From Callorhinchus milii (Eukaryota): a stretch of DNA of 64,000 bases. A program made the translations under genes and the position numbers. The DNA is taken from NCBI RefSeq assembly GCF_018977255.1, contig NW_024704743.1, positions 49,106,001 through 49,170,000 on the forward strand, read 5' to 3'. Below the pieces are notes generated by a model. It saw only the letters and a program-made list of their open reading frames with translations, made no database searches and was not told the origin of the DNA. Positions 63,701-64,000 of this stretch are shown one piece after another (positions within the stretch are counted from its first letter, which is position 1; each line of letters begins with the position of its first letter).

Positions 63701-64000
63701 ACTCCAAAATCTCCACCTTGGCTTTTACCAACCTGCAAATAAATTCTCTGAGAATGAATCTCTACAGGGACAGGTTCATACACTGCACATCAAGGAAACA
63801 GAAGCCTAACACACACATAGTTTGATTTGGAGACTCTTAAACTTGGTGAAATGTTTCTGCATGTGTCAGACACCCTGCTGACTAAACAAATCTTCATCCC
63901 TGTAAAATTGGGAACTAGCCTGGTTGCTCCTCTCTGCACTGACCCTAGGGGAACTGAATTCAACTGATTTGGCATGAATCCCAGCATCCTGTTTCCCTCA

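Overview
Vertebrate genomic DNA, most likely a cartilaginous fish (shark or chimaera), judged from its CR1, L2 and tRNA/Deu-type SINE repeats. This is an inference from recalled repeat families, not a database match. The window holds the 5' part of one gene on the minus strand: PDE11A (dual cAMP/cGMP phosphodiesterase 11A, long isoform-4-like form). I traced seven coding exons by hand, all with AG/GT boundaries and consistent phase: 58143-57367, 33723-33565, 15654-15565, 14405-14265, 13726-13662, 11522-11402 and 2506-2431 (1429 nt). They encode the N-terminal region, GAF-A and most of GAF-B. The rest of the gene, including the catalytic domain, runs off the left edge. Everything else is intron or upstream DNA rich in transposon relics: a near-complete but dead CR1 LINE, many CR1 and L2 fragments, three related SINE architectures, a Ginger/KRBA2-like DNA transposon derivative with TIRs and a TSD, a hAT derivative, and a Penelope-type relic carrying a hammerhead-ribozyme core. 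The most notable unexplained items are a four-copy unidentified repeat, a shifted exon-6 acceptor, inverted repeats flanking exons 2 and 7, a minisatellite abutting the start codon and a perfect CRE upstream. I found no evidence of a wholly new multi-gene system.
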